Origin: Candidatus Nomurabacteria bacterium
GTDB lineage: Bacteria; Patescibacteriota; Minisyncoccia; Phycocordibacterales; UBA5272
Assembly: GCA_037134695.1 (NCBI GenBank)
Contig: JBAXLU010000002.1
Coordinates: forward strand, 1 to 60,505
Direction: 5' to 3'
Length of the DNA stretch: 60,505 nucleotides
Positions 45,512 to 54,397 of the stretch are shown piece after piece. Below the pieces are notes generated by a model. That model ran no database searches. It had not been told where the DNA came from and saw only the letters and a list, made by a program, of their open reading frames with translations. A program made the position numbers and the translations under genes. Numbering within the stretch: position 1 is the stretch's first letter; each line of letters starts with the position of its first letter.

Positions 45512-45784
45512 ATGACTACAAAAGTAATTTTTAATGTGGATGCAAAAGCAAAAGTATTAGCAATGAAAGAAGCCAAGAAACAAGGACTTACTCTTTCGTA
45601 TTTTTTAAGCCAAACAGTTCACGAGTTAGCCCAAGGAGAAAGAAGGGTTGAGGTAGTAGAGACTCTTAATAAAAAAACAATCAAAAGTATTTTACAAGCA
45701 AAAAAGGATTTTAAAGCAGGTAAAAATATTTCACCATCTTTTACAGACTCTAAAAAGGCATTGCAGTGGCTTCATTCAAAATAA
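45512..45784 (+). CDS. Type II antitoxin, RelB/DinJ-like ribbon-helix-helix
   Basis: The N-terminal beta-strand/helix pattern VIFNVDAKAKVLAMKEAKKQGLTLSYFL, sitting directly upstream of the toxin with a 1-nt gap. Confidence 0.6.
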   Translation: MTTKVIFNVDAKAKVLAMKEAKKQGLTLSYFLSQTVHELAQGERRVEVVETLNKKTIKSILQAKKDFKAGKNISPSFTDSKKALQWLHSK

Positions 45785-46045
45785 ATGAAAATAGAGTTTA
45801 GCCATAAATTCAAAAAGAAATTAAATAAGCTCCCTTTTTCAATACAGGAAAAATTTGATAAGAGGTTTTTACTTTTTTGCGATGATTCTTTTCACCCACT
45901 TCTTCATAATCATTCAGTTGATCCACCATTTACAGATACAAGAAGTATAAATATAACTGGAGATTACAGAGCCCTTTTTATGAAAGAAGGAGAAAATTAT
46001 TTTATATTTGTGGACATTGGGACCCATAGCGAACTATATGACTAA
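45785..46045 (+). CDS. Type II toxin, RelE/YafQ-family mRNA interferase
   Basis: 86 aa, with an HPLLHNHSV...GDYRALF pattern typical of RelE/YafQ toxins. Confidence 0.65.
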   Translation: MKIEFSHKFKKKLNKLPFSIQEKFDKRFLLFCDDSFHPLLHNHSVDPPFTDTRSINITGDYRALFMKEGENYFIFVDIGTHSELYD

Positions 46046-46880
46046 TTATAATTTTTTTGACATACATTCACATTTACACGATAAAGCTTTTAAACCTGAT
46101 TTAGAGGAGGTAATTTCTGAAATGAAACAAAATGGTTTCGGAACCATTACAGTTGGTACTGGTTTAAAAGAAAGTCGTAATGCTATAGCATTAGCCGACG
46201 CACATCCTAATATTTTCGCAACAGTTGGTCTTCATCCAGCAGATAATCCTCTTGAGGTTTATGATGGGGAAGCATTTGAAAAACTTGCAAGACATGAAAA
46301 AGTTGTAGCCGTGGGGGAGTGTGGACTAGATTATTATTATATTGAAACTTTTTTTGCAAAAGAGAAAGATGAAAAAGGAATAACTTGGAATGAAAATGAA
46401 GAGAAAGAAAGACAGAAAAAAGTTTTTCAAAAACAAATAGACTTAGCGGTGAGTGTTGGCAAACCTCTTATGTTACACGGTAGACCAACCAAAGGCAGTA
46501 TGGATGCTTACGAAGATATGCTGTCTATGTTAGAGGTTGCGAAAAAAATACATGGAGATAAATTAAAAGGGGACGCACATTTTTTTGCTGGAGATATAGA
46601 TATTGCGAAAAGATTTATAGACATTGATTTCACTGTTAGTTTTTCAGGTGTTATAACATTCACCCATGATTATGACGATGTAGTTCGCTATGTTCCACTT
46701 CATATGATGCATGCCGAAACTGATAGTCCATACGCAACACCCGCGCCATTTCGTGGGAAGCGAAATACCCCACTTTTAGTACAGGAAATTGTGGCGAAAA
46801 TAGCTGTTTTAAGACAGGAACCATTTGAAGAAGTAAGACTTCAGTTATTAGAAAATGCAAAGAGAGATTTTGGTGTATAA
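46038..46880 (+). CDS. tatD: TatD-family metal-dependent DNase/hydrolase
   Basis: FFDIHSHL, GECGLDYY, the HGR region and ETDSPY motifs. Its ATG overlaps the toxin stop (ATGACTAA). Confidence 0.85.
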   Translation: MTNYNFFDIHSHLHDKAFKPDLEEVISEMKQNGFGTITVGTGLKESRNAIALADAHPNIFATVGLHPADNPLEVYDGEAFEKLARHEKVVAVGECGLDYYYIETFFAKEKDEKGITWNENEEKERQKKVFQKQIDLAVSVGKPLMLHGRPTKGSMDAYEDMLSMLEVAKKIHGDKLKGDAHFFAGDIDIAKRFIDIDFTVSFSGVITFTHDYDDVVRYVPLHMMHAETDSPYATPAPFRGKRNTPLLVQEIVAKIAVLRQEPFEEVRLQLLENAKRDFGV

Positions 46881-46889
46881 TTAGTTTCA

Positions 46890-47840
46890 ATGAAATCTAT
46901 TAAGATTATTGAAGTTAAGTCAGATATTGGAGCAGGAATCCCGGGTGCAAGTTTAGCTATTGATGAAATTAAAAAAATCGCTTCCGAAATTGGAAGCGAT
47001 TTTTTTAAATGTTATGAAAGTTTTGAAATCAAAAATATAAGTGAAAAAGAGAAAGACAATGATTATTTTGTCTGTGCTAAAAATATAAAAGATACACTTA
47101 ATATAAGTGAGAATATAGCAAAACATGTGAAAAATATTTTGGAAGAAGAAAATTTTCCATTAGTTATAAGTGGTGATCACAGTTCTGCAATTGGGGCAAT
47201 TGCAGGTATTAAAATGGCTGATAAAAATAAAAGGGTGGGGGTTGTATGGATTGATGCTCATGCAGATTTACACTCACCATATACAACACCGTCTGGAAAC
47301 ATGCACGGTATGCCGGTGCTCGCTTCATTGGGAATTGATAATTTTGAAATGAAAGTAAGGGATATAAATGAAGAGATTTTTAATGAATGGGAAAAAATAA
47401 AAAATATTGGTGGGATTTTTCCTAAAATAAATTTTGAAGATTTATTTTATGTAGGCTTGCGCGATTATGAAGAACAAGAAAAACGTTTAATAGATAAATA
47501 TAATTTACCTGTAATTACATCTAGAGAAATTACAGATTTTGGAACAGAAAAAGTTGTCGATAAGATTTTAAAGACTCTTTCTAATTGTGATTATATTTAT
47601 ATTTCATTTGATGTTGATTCACTTGATCCTTCTGTAAGTTGTGGGACGGGTATATCGATACCAAACGGTTTAAAAGAAATAGAAGCAACAGAAATAATCC
47701 TTGGACTTATAAAAAGTGAGAAAATTTGTTGTTTTGAAATAACTGAGGTTAATCCAATGCTTGATAAAGATAAACCAATGGCAAAAGTAGCTTTTAATCT
47801 TTTAGAAAAAGTTGCAGCTCAATTAAATAAAGGTTTTTAA
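46890..47840 (+). CDS. Arginase/agmatinase/formiminoglutamase-family ureohydrolase
   Basis: GDHSSAIG, WIDAHADLHSP and SFDVDSLDP Mn-binding motifs. Confidence 0.8.
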   Translation: MKSIKIIEVKSDIGAGIPGASLAIDEIKKIASEIGSDFFKCYESFEIKNISEKEKDNDYFVCAKNIKDTLNISENIAKHVKNILEEENFPLVISGDHSSAIGAIAGIKMADKNKRVGVVWIDAHADLHSPYTTPSGNMHGMPVLASLGIDNFEMKVRDINEEIFNEWEKIKNIGGIFPKINFEDLFYVGLRDYEEQEKRLIDKYNLPVITSREITDFGTEKVVDKILKTLSNCDYIYISFDVDSLDPSVSCGTGISIPNGLKEIEATEIILGLIKSEKICCFEITEVNPMLDKDKPMAKVAFNLLEKVAAQLNKGF

Positions 47841-47922
47841 AGAAATTATATTGACTTTTTTCTATTAAACGCGCAGTATTAAGTTAGCCAGTACACTCAC
47901 TAACCAACGAAAGGAGGGCGAC

Positions 47923-48231
47923 ATGGCTACTGAAAGCAAAAGACCAACGCGTACCCATGTGTCCGGGTTCGTTAAGGGTTTTCACGAAAATCGTGGACAT
48001 GGTGTGATAACTTTTAGGGTTATTGAGCAGAAATTTGTTCTGCCAAGAACGTCGACATTTGCCTCGGAGATCACCAAGGCGAAAAAGAATGATTGGAATG
48101 TCATTGTTCTCTTTAGTGAAGATGGGACAGTTCATCCAAAAATCACAGGCGTCATTACTAAGCCAAAATGGCGCCAACACAATGCTGCTGCTGCTGGAGA
48201 AGACTATGAGACTGTGAAAGCTCTCAAGTAG
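47923..48231 (+). CDS. Hypothetical protein (102 aa), weak cold-shock/OB-like N-terminal pattern
   Basis: Strong AAAGGAGGG SD before the ATG and its own terminator. GFVKGFHENRGHGVITF loosely resembles the CSD pattern G-x-V-K-x-F...G-x-G-x-I. About 50% G+C in a sampled line. Confidence 0.6.
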   Translation: MATESKRPTRTHVSGFVKGFHENRGHGVITFRVIEQKFVLPRTSTFASEITKAKKNDWNVIVLFSEDGTVHPKITGVITKPKWRQHNAAAAGEDYETVKALK

Positions 48232-48357
48232 GTTCCATTATGTGGTTTTTAGCAGATAGGGCCTGACTGCATACAAGCGGTTAGGTCTTTTCTTTTTACT
48301 TGTAATTAAAGAATGATAGTAGTAGAATTTTGCTAAATAACAAAAGAAAGGTTTTCT

Positions 48358-48786
48358 ATGTTAATTATTGTTCAAATTATCTTTATTCTCCTGACTGCTT
48401 TCTTTCTTGGTAGAGCTTTTGCAAAATTTATGAATTCTTTATTGCGTCAGCTGTTTGGTTTACCTTGTGAAAAAAATACTGGTAAATTATCGATGTATGC
48501 TACAAAAAGTCAAAAAGCCTCATTCCATTTATTTAGAAATATAATGGCCTCGCAGATTGTTTTAACTCCATTATTTACTTCTATTCTTCTAATGTCTGAA
48601 ATATTTTATGTACAGACGATAAATGGGGTAGCTTTTATTGATTTTTATGATGCGCTGATGTATATAGCCGTTTCTCTACTTTTGTCTTTATTGTGGATAA
48701 TAATTGTTCTATTTTCTGTCACGCACAGCAAAAGAATCTTTTATTTATTCACAAGGGAATTGAAACATAGAAAGCCATCAAGATGA
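48358..48786 (+). CDS. Hypothetical membrane protein (142 aa)
   Basis: ORF with about 4 hydrophobic segments. No family recognised. Confidence 0.5.
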   Translation: MLIIVQIIFILLTAFFLGRAFAKFMNSLLRQLFGLPCEKNTGKLSMYATKSQKASFHLFRNIMASQIVLTPLFTSILLMSEIFYVQTINGVAFIDFYDALMYIAVSLLLSLLWIIIVLFSVTHSKRIFYLFTRELKHRKPSR

Positions 48787-48868
48787 TGTTTTCATCCAAG
48801 ACAAGGCCGATTGCTTACCAGCAGTCAGGCCTTTTCTTTTGCCTTATTTCGTGTTAGAGTATGGGACT

Positions 48869-49393
48869 ATGACTGAAATAAATGAAACCATAGTAGACAG
48901 CCGAGTGTACGAAATTTCTTTCATCTTTGATAACAAACTAGATGAAAGTGCGGCGCTTGAGAAAGGAAACGCGATCAAGCAGTCTATTGCTACCCTAGGA
49001 GGTAGCTTCATTTCAGAAGAAGCTCCGTATATGCGTGAGCTTGCTTATGAAATGACACGCGTTGTTAATAACATGAATGTTCGTTTCAATGTCGGATATT
49101 TTGGATGGATAAAATTCGAAATGGAAGGCTCTAAAGTTAAGGAACTTGAAAAAGGTCTTAAACTCGATGAAGAAATTGTGCGCTTTATGATTGTATCAAC
49201 TGTTCGCGAGAATACTGTTTATACAAAACGTGCTCCAGTTATAAAAGCAGAATCTCTAGTAAACAATGAAGATGATATCAACATTGATACAACAAAAGAA
49301 CCTGAGCTTATAATTGATTCTGTTCCTGAAATTTTTGCAGAAATTGCACCGGAAGTTGTAGTTGAAGAAGTAGCTAGCGAGGAAACTAAATAA
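48869..49393 (+). CDS. rpsF: 30S ribosomal protein S6 with acidic C-terminal extension
   Basis: YEISFIF start pattern and the rpsF-ssb-rpsR context. Start taken at MTEINE. Confidence 0.85.
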   Translation: MTEINETIVDSRVYEISFIFDNKLDESAALEKGNAIKQSIATLGGSFISEEAPYMRELAYEMTRVVNNMNVRFNVGYFGWIKFEMEGSKVKELEKGLKLDEEIVRFMIVSTVRENTVYTKRAPVIKAESLVNNEDDINIDTTKEPELIIDSVPEIFAEIAPEVVVEEVASEETK

Positions 49394-49502
49394 GGATTAC
49401 ACTTAAGATAGCCATTAGCCTGTAGCCATTAGGCGTTAGCTAATCTGAATTCAATTACTAAGCTAATAGCTAAAGGCTAAAAGCCAATAGCTGTAAAAAA
49501 CT

Positions 49503-49973
49503 ATGTATTTAAACAAAGTATTTGTTTACGGAAACCTTACTCGTGACCCAGAACAGAAATCTCTTCCTAATGGAACAGCTGTAACTAACTTCTCTTTAGC
49601 AACTAATCGTATTTATAAAGATGCGGCAGGAGCTAAGCAAGAGCAAGTTGAGTATCACAATATAGTAGTTTTCGGAAGACAAGCAGAAACCAGTGCTCAG
49701 TACCTTAAAAAAGGCCAAGGTGTAATGATAGAAGGACGCATACAAACACGCTCATGGGATGATAAAGTCTCAGGAGAAAAAAAGTATCGTACAGAAATTA
49801 TTGCAGACTCTGTTCAATTCGGACCTAAATCAGGTGGAGCTCCATCAGCTGGAAGTGAAGGACATACTGCAAATAAAATAAGTAATGCAACACCAACACC
49901 TACAGCAGTACCAGATTTGGAAACTATAGATTACGGAGATTCCAATATAAACGTCGACGACATACCCTTCTAA
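49503..49973 (+). CDS. ssb: Single-stranded DNA-binding protein
   Basis: NKVFVYGNLTRDPE OB-fold start and the C-terminal DDIPF tip. Confidence 0.93.
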   Translation: MYLNKVFVYGNLTRDPEQKSLPNGTAVTNFSLATNRIYKDAAGAKQEQVEYHNIVVFGRQAETSAQYLKKGQGVMIEGRIQTRSWDDKVSGEKKYRTEIIADSVQFGPKSGGAPSAGSEGHTANKISNATPTPTAVPDLETIDYGDSNINVDDIPF

Positions 49974-50058
49974 AAGACGCAGAAAATCGCAGAACAAACG
50001 CGGAAATTATGCGGAAGGAATTCTTACATCAAAATAAACATAAAATTACTAAGCTTAT

Positions 50059-50262
50059 ATGAAAAAACAAGATCACTTTAATCAAAACAATATAAAATTC
50101 ATTGACTACAAGGACACAGAAATTCTTGCAAAGTTTTTGAACCCACACGCTCGTATTCTTAACCGTCGTAAGACTGGCTTAACAGCCAAGAATCAGCGTG
50201 CACTTGCAAATGCTATTAAGCGTTCAAGGTTTATGGGACTCCTCCCGTATGTTTCTCATTAG
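50059..50262 (+). CDS. rpsR: 30S ribosomal protein S18
   Basis: IDYKDTEILAKFLN...GLTAKNQRALANAIKRSRFMGLLPY. Confidence 0.93.
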   Translation: MKKQDHFNQNNIKFIDYKDTEILAKFLNPHARILNRRKTGLTAKNQRALANAIKRSRFMGLLPYVSH

Positions 50263-50324
50263 AGAAACATCGCAGACCTCAGCAGACTAAGGCAGACCAC
50301 ACAAACGAAACACAACACAAAAGC

Positions 50325-50345
50325 GACCCCGAAGGGGTCTTTTTT
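50325..50345 (+). terminator. Intrinsic terminator after rpsR
   Basis: GACCCC-gaa-GGGGTC followed by T6. Confidence 0.75.
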
Positions 50346-50363
50346 GTATGCTAAACTATTGTA

Positions 50364-50753
50364 ATGATAAAAATTTTAATATTATTAATTTTAGTCGTAC
50401 TAGTCAAGTATATTTTCTTTAAAAGAAAATTAGTAGATTCAAGTTTGTTTAGAATACAATTACTTGATATATTTATAAGTTTTTTTCTACCATTTTTAGG
50501 TCTAGGATTACTTTTTTATATATTTGAAGCACCTAAAGATGGAAGTATTTTAGTTAGAGCTATAGGAAGCGCAGCTTTCTTTTTCCTGGTATCAGTTGTC
50601 ATTACTATCTTTTTAGTATATAAATTTTTTAGATACATTTTTGGTATCAAAAATAAAGAAAAAAGAGATAATGAAATGATTAAAAATGATCAGACCATTA
50701 CTAATAATAATCTTGAAACCTCTTTTTTTTCAAAAGTAGAAAAAACTGAGTAA
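50364..50753 (+). CDS. Hypothetical membrane protein (129 aa)
   Basis: ORF with 3-4 hydrophobic helices, bracketed by the rpsR fragment duplication. Confidence 0.5.
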   Translation: MIKILILLILVVLVKYIFFKRKLVDSSLFRIQLLDIFISFFLPFLGLGLLFYIFEAPKDGSILVRAIGSAAFFFLVSVVITIFLVYKFFRYIFGIKNKEKRDNEMIKNDQTITNNNLETSFFSKVEKTE

Positions 50754-50766
50754 GTGACTATCCTTA

Positions 50767-50792
50767 TACAAGGACACAGAAATTCTTGCAAA
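50767..50792 (+). repeat. 26-nt duplicate of an internal rpsR segment
   Basis: TACAAGGACACAGAAATTCTTGCAAA, identical to 50107-50132 inside rpsR. Confidence 0.85.
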
Positions 50793-50818
50793 ACGTAAGT
50801 TACTAAATATAAAGAGCC

Positions 50819-50845
50819 AAAAGCGACCCCGAAGGGGTCGCTTTT
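50819..50845 (+). terminator. Intrinsic terminator (duplicate of the rpsR terminator core)
   Basis: AAAAGCGACCCC-gaa-GGGGTCGCTTTT. Confidence 0.8.
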
Positions 50846-50877
50846 GCTTTTATTTTTTAAGTGTATACTTATATTAT

Positions 50878-51144
50878 ATGAATTTTATAAACCCAGAATC
50901 ACATGTTGAGCAGGATAATTCGCCAGCTATGAGATTTAATAATCTTATTTTAGATTTAAAAAATCTTCCAAAAGGGGCTGATGTAGAAATCGATGAAAAA
51001 AGAAGAATTCACGGTGAATTAACAAGAATTGCAAAAAATGAATTGTCTGATGGTAGACGTGTAAAGGCTCTTGCTTCTGCACATGAAGCATTGGAAATAT
51101 CTTTGATGGACCCTAAGGGTTTAGATGAAAAGTATTTAGTTTAG
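50878..51144 (+). CDS. Hypothetical protein (88 aa)
   Basis: Isolated ORF lying between two terminators. No family recognised. Confidence 0.45.
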   Translation: MNFINPESHVEQDNSPAMRFNNLILDLKNLPKGADVEIDEKRRIHGELTRIAKNELSDGRRVKALASAHEALEISLMDPKGLDEKYLV

Positions 51145-51154
51145 TTTTTAAATT

Positions 51155-51196
51155 AAAAAAGCAGGGGTTTGCCTTTGGCAAACTCGTGCTTTTTTG
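51155..51196 (+). terminator. Intrinsic terminator
   Basis: AAAAAAGCAGGGGTTTGCC-ttt-GGCAAACTCGTGCTTTTTT (2 mismatches in the stem). Confidence 0.65.
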
Positions 51197-51290
51197 CTAG
51201 TATGTAAGGTATTATTTACTAATATTTTTGTATCGTATTGGGTGTTTGTATTTTCTACTTTCTACCCACTACTTTCTACCTTCTAAATAT

Positions 51291-51902
51291 ATGCATCCAA
51301 AAAAAGAAAGAACATTTGTTATATTAAAACCAGACGCAATACAGCGTGGACTGGTTGGGGAAATAATCCAGCGTTTTGAACGCATTGGACTTAAAATTGT
51401 TGGCTTAAAAATGCACATGGTTAATGAAGAAACTCTTTGGGCTCATTATAATAAAGATGATGCTTGGTATACAAAGAAGGGAGGGAATATTGTTGAGAAT
51501 AAAAAGAAGCTTGGTATGCCAATAGAAAAGGAAGCTATTGAATATGGAAAGGATATTATCCGTGCCATGGTTCACTATATGTGTTCATCTCCAGTAGTTT
51601 CTCTTGTTATCGAAGGTAACGGTTCTCAAGCTGTAGTAAAGCGTCTTGTAGGAAGTACAGAACCATCTACCGCAGATACTGGAACTATAAGAGGAGACTA
51701 CTCTTTAGATTCATATTTCCTTTGTGATACAGATGGATCTCGTGGAATGAGAAATCTAATTCATTGTACTGATCCAGCAGATGGAGAGGGTGCATATGAT
51801 AGAGAAGTTAATCTTTGGTTTACAAAAGAAGAAGTTATTAATTATCGTTTAGTTGCAGAAGCAATGTTGTACGATGTAAATTTGGATTCAATACTCGAAT
51901 AA
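51291..51902 (+). CDS. ndk: Nucleoside-diphosphate kinase (long form with insertions)
   Basis: ERTFVILKPDAIQRGLVGEII, GTIRGDY and NLIHCTD (catalytic His region). Start at the ATG at 51291. Confidence 0.85.
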   Translation: MHPKKERTFVILKPDAIQRGLVGEIIQRFERIGLKIVGLKMHMVNEETLWAHYNKDDAWYTKKGGNIVENKKKLGMPIEKEAIEYGKDIIRAMVHYMCSSPVVSLVIEGNGSQAVVKRLVGSTEPSTADTGTIRGDYSLDSYFLCDTDGSRGMRNLIHCTDPADGEGAYDREVNLWFTKEEVINYRLVAEAMLYDVNLDSILE

Positions 51903-51931
51903 CAGATTAGAGTTTAGACTAACATAAATAC

Positions 51932-51961
51932 AAAAAGTCGCACCGAAGGTGCGACTTTTTG
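51932..51961 (+). terminator. Intrinsic terminator after ndk
   Basis: AAAAAGTCGCACC-gaa-GGTGCGACTTTTT. Confidence 0.85.
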
Positions 51962-52031
51962 TGGCTACGCTATAAACATACATTTTATTCGAAGAATGAT
52001 GGTACTATATAGTTATTACTAAAAAACTTTT

Positions 52032-54098
52032 ATGAAAAATATTCTAATCAAAGGGTTATTTGTCTCTGTTTCAATTCTTTTTATAACTTCATCCTCCTCA
52101 GCCCTTACTTGTACAAATCTTACAAAACCTCTTGCTAATGGTTCTAAAGACAGTGAAGTATTAAAGTTACAACAATTTCTTTTTGATGGTGGATATTTAA
52201 GTACAAAACCAAATGGGTATTTTGGAGCAGGTACTTTAACTGCCTTAAAGAAGTTTCAGAAAGCTAATGGACTTGCACAGGTGGGGAGTGTTGGACCAGG
52301 GACGAGGAGTAAAATAAAAGAGGTAAGTTGTAATGACAGTGTTTCAAATAATATTTTATCTAAAAAAATGGTTGGTATAGTTAATCAATCTGAAAGTAAT
52401 ATTATAAAAAATAATGTTAGTACTACTACTTCAAATAAATATTACACAGAAAAGTGTCCAATCATTACTCGTGAATTGGCAAAAAAAATTAGAAGTACGG
52501 AAGTTGACGAACAAGTAATAAAGTTACAAGATTTTTTGCGTGAGCAAAACACATACATAAAATCACCATCAGGAATTTTCGACGAATATACATATCGTGC
52601 TGTTGCAGAATGGCAAGAGTTAGCTGGTTTAAATGGTAAAATAAAACAATTAGGTGTTGTTGATTTAAAGACGATTGAGGAGATGAATAAACTTTGTGTC
52701 GTCGGTAAGTCCACTTTCCCAGAGTCAGGAGATGTATTTTTTACACCAAATAAAGTTCCAACTATACCTTTACCAAATGGATGGAAAGTAACAGTGTTAC
52801 TTGATAATAAAATATCCAACAGTACACAAAAATCTGGTTTGCAGACCAAGGTTACTTTTGTTGATGAAAATAATTCACACCATCGCGGTCTTACATATGA
52901 ACTTTACTTAAACGGAGGAAGTACTGGAAATGATATTGCTAAAGCAGAATTACCAATAATTGAGAATCTTTCACAGAAAGCAAAGGATAATGGGTGGGAA
53001 TTTATTAGTAAGAAAGTGGTACCAGATTATTCTGCCCCCATAACTGAAGTGTTTTATGAAGGAAATTCTGATTTAACAGGCCCAGATTCTATATTTCAGA
53101 CTAGAATCATATCTTTTACAGGATATACTTATGTTTTGACTGGCGTGTCATCAAAAAAATATATGTCAAATCAAAACATTCACGCTTGGTACGAAAGTAT
53201 ATTTCAAAATCTCTATGTCCCATCTTTTAGTAAGACAGCCGAGATGGGGATTCCGATGTATAAAGACGTTGGAGCTAGAATTGATGCGTTTAGGTCTGAA
53301 CCAAAAGGGATTGCTAAAGATTTTTATGTAGATAAATGTCCAGTTATTACACAAGATTTATTTTATGGTGATACAGATAAAGATACAGATGGGCAAGTCG
53401 CGTTGATTCAGAATATGCTTGTAAATCTTTATAAGATGTACCCATTGCTATGGCTAGGGGAAGATAATAGAATATTTGACTCACTAACAGAAATGTTAGT
53501 AATAAAATTTCAAAGAGAAATGGGACTTGAGGGATCTGGTGGTATTGGTGTAAAAACAAGAGAGGTTATAAAAAATTACTGTAAGATTAAAAATAACAGC
53601 ACACAGTCATCTTCGACAGTGGGCTTAGTATCAACTTCAACCACTCTAATACAAAAAAATCTTACATCAGAACCAAGTCTTAAAATTACTACTCCTAACG
53701 GAGGTCAGAGTATCAAGATTGGGAGTAATTATCGTATTTTTTGGGAAACACAATTAATTCCTAAAAATGCACAACTTGACGCAGAGGTCTTTGAGATTAC
53801 AGGAGACACAATAGTATTTAACAAAAGTGGCGGGTGTTCTAATTGTGTAGGGGGTGGTCTACGGTCTGGTTTATCAGCAGTATTCCCTGTAAATGAAGGA
53901 CCTGGGAGTACTGAATGGAAATCAGCAGGTGTAACATATTCTGGAACTAAATTAAAAGCTGGAAATCATTATGTTATAAAAGCAGTAGTGAGTAAAACAG
54001 GAACATATGAAAAAGGGGAATGTCCGAAATCCTACTCAGTATGTACTATAGATATTGCAACTGATTGGAGTGATGGTGTATTTACGCTTGTGAATTAA
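52032..54098 (+). CDS. Secreted protein with three peptidoglycan-binding (PG_binding_1-like) domains
   Basis: Signal peptide, and a repeated LQ.FL...GY......G.FG..T..A...FQ...GL pattern at about aa 40-95, 160-210 and 455-510. Confidence 0.7.
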   Translation: MKNILIKGLFVSVSILFITSSSSALTCTNLTKPLANGSKDSEVLKLQQFLFDGGYLSTKPNGYFGAGTLTALKKFQKANGLAQVGSVGPGTRSKIKEVSCNDSVSNNILSKKMVGIVNQSESNIIKNNVSTTTSNKYYTEKCPIITRELAKKIRSTEVDEQVIKLQDFLREQNTYIKSPSGIFDEYTYRAVAEWQELAGLNGKIKQLGVVDLKTIEEMNKLCVVGKSTFPESGDVFFTPNKVPTIPLPNGWKVTVLLDNKISNSTQKSGLQTKVTFVDENNSHHRGLTYELYLNGGSTGNDIAKAELPIIENLSQKAKDNGWEFISKKVVPDYSAPITEVFYEGNSDLTGPDSIFQTRIISFTGYTYVLTGVSSKKYMSNQNIHAWYESIFQNLYVPSFSKTAEMGIPMYKDVGARIDAFRSEPKGIAKDFYVDKCPVITQDLFYGDTDKDTDGQVALIQNMLVNLYKMYPLLWLGEDNRIFDSLTEMLVIKFQREMGLEGSGGIGVKTREVIKNYCKIKNNSTQSSSTVGLVSTSTTLIQKNLTSEPSLKITTPNGGQSIKIGSNYRIFWETQLIPKNAQLDAEVFEITGDTIVFNKSGGCSNCVGGGLRSGLSAVFPVNEGPGSTEWKSAGVTYSGTKLKAGNHYVIKAVVSKTGTYEKGECPKSYSVCTIDIATDWSDGVFTLVN

Positions 54099-54215
54099 TA
54101 TCTTAACCCCATGAAGTTTTGGTGTAGTAGGATAGTATTTTCATTAAAAATTAGAAATTAAAAATTTATTATATTCAGCTTTACTTTTTTCTTTTCAAGA
54201 ATATAATAATAAGTA

Positions 54216-54368
54216 GGGTGCTTAGGTATTTTTCTGGATAAAACATCTTTGGGCTAAGAAATATTGAGAACTGCATCGTGGTGCTATTCGTTTTCTGCCC
54301 ACCTGACTTAAATCATCAGGAAGATGTCCTAAGTGTCCGAGTAAAAAATCCCCATTAGGGGATTTTTT
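54216..54368 (+). ncRNA. Candidate structured small RNA of unknown class
   Basis: TTTACT-16-TATAAT promoter (54180-54207). An 11-bp closing helix pairs 54216-26 with 54328-38. Inner helices are ACATCTT/AAGATGT and TGGGC/GCCCA, with a hairpin CCTGA/TCAGG. Strong terminator AAAAAATCCCC-atta-GGGGATTTTTT. No ORF. Confidence 0.45.
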
Positions 54369-54397
54369 ACTGCAATTTTTATTTTCTTCTTATTGTT

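Noticed and set aside
48269-48833. Inverted 11-mers GGCCTGACTGC / GCAGTCAGGCC flanking ORF 48358..48786 as transposon-like ends
   Set aside because: Each 11-mer is part of a local terminator-like hairpin followed by a T-run. The similarity is most simply explained by the shared terminator vocabulary, and the match does not extend further.
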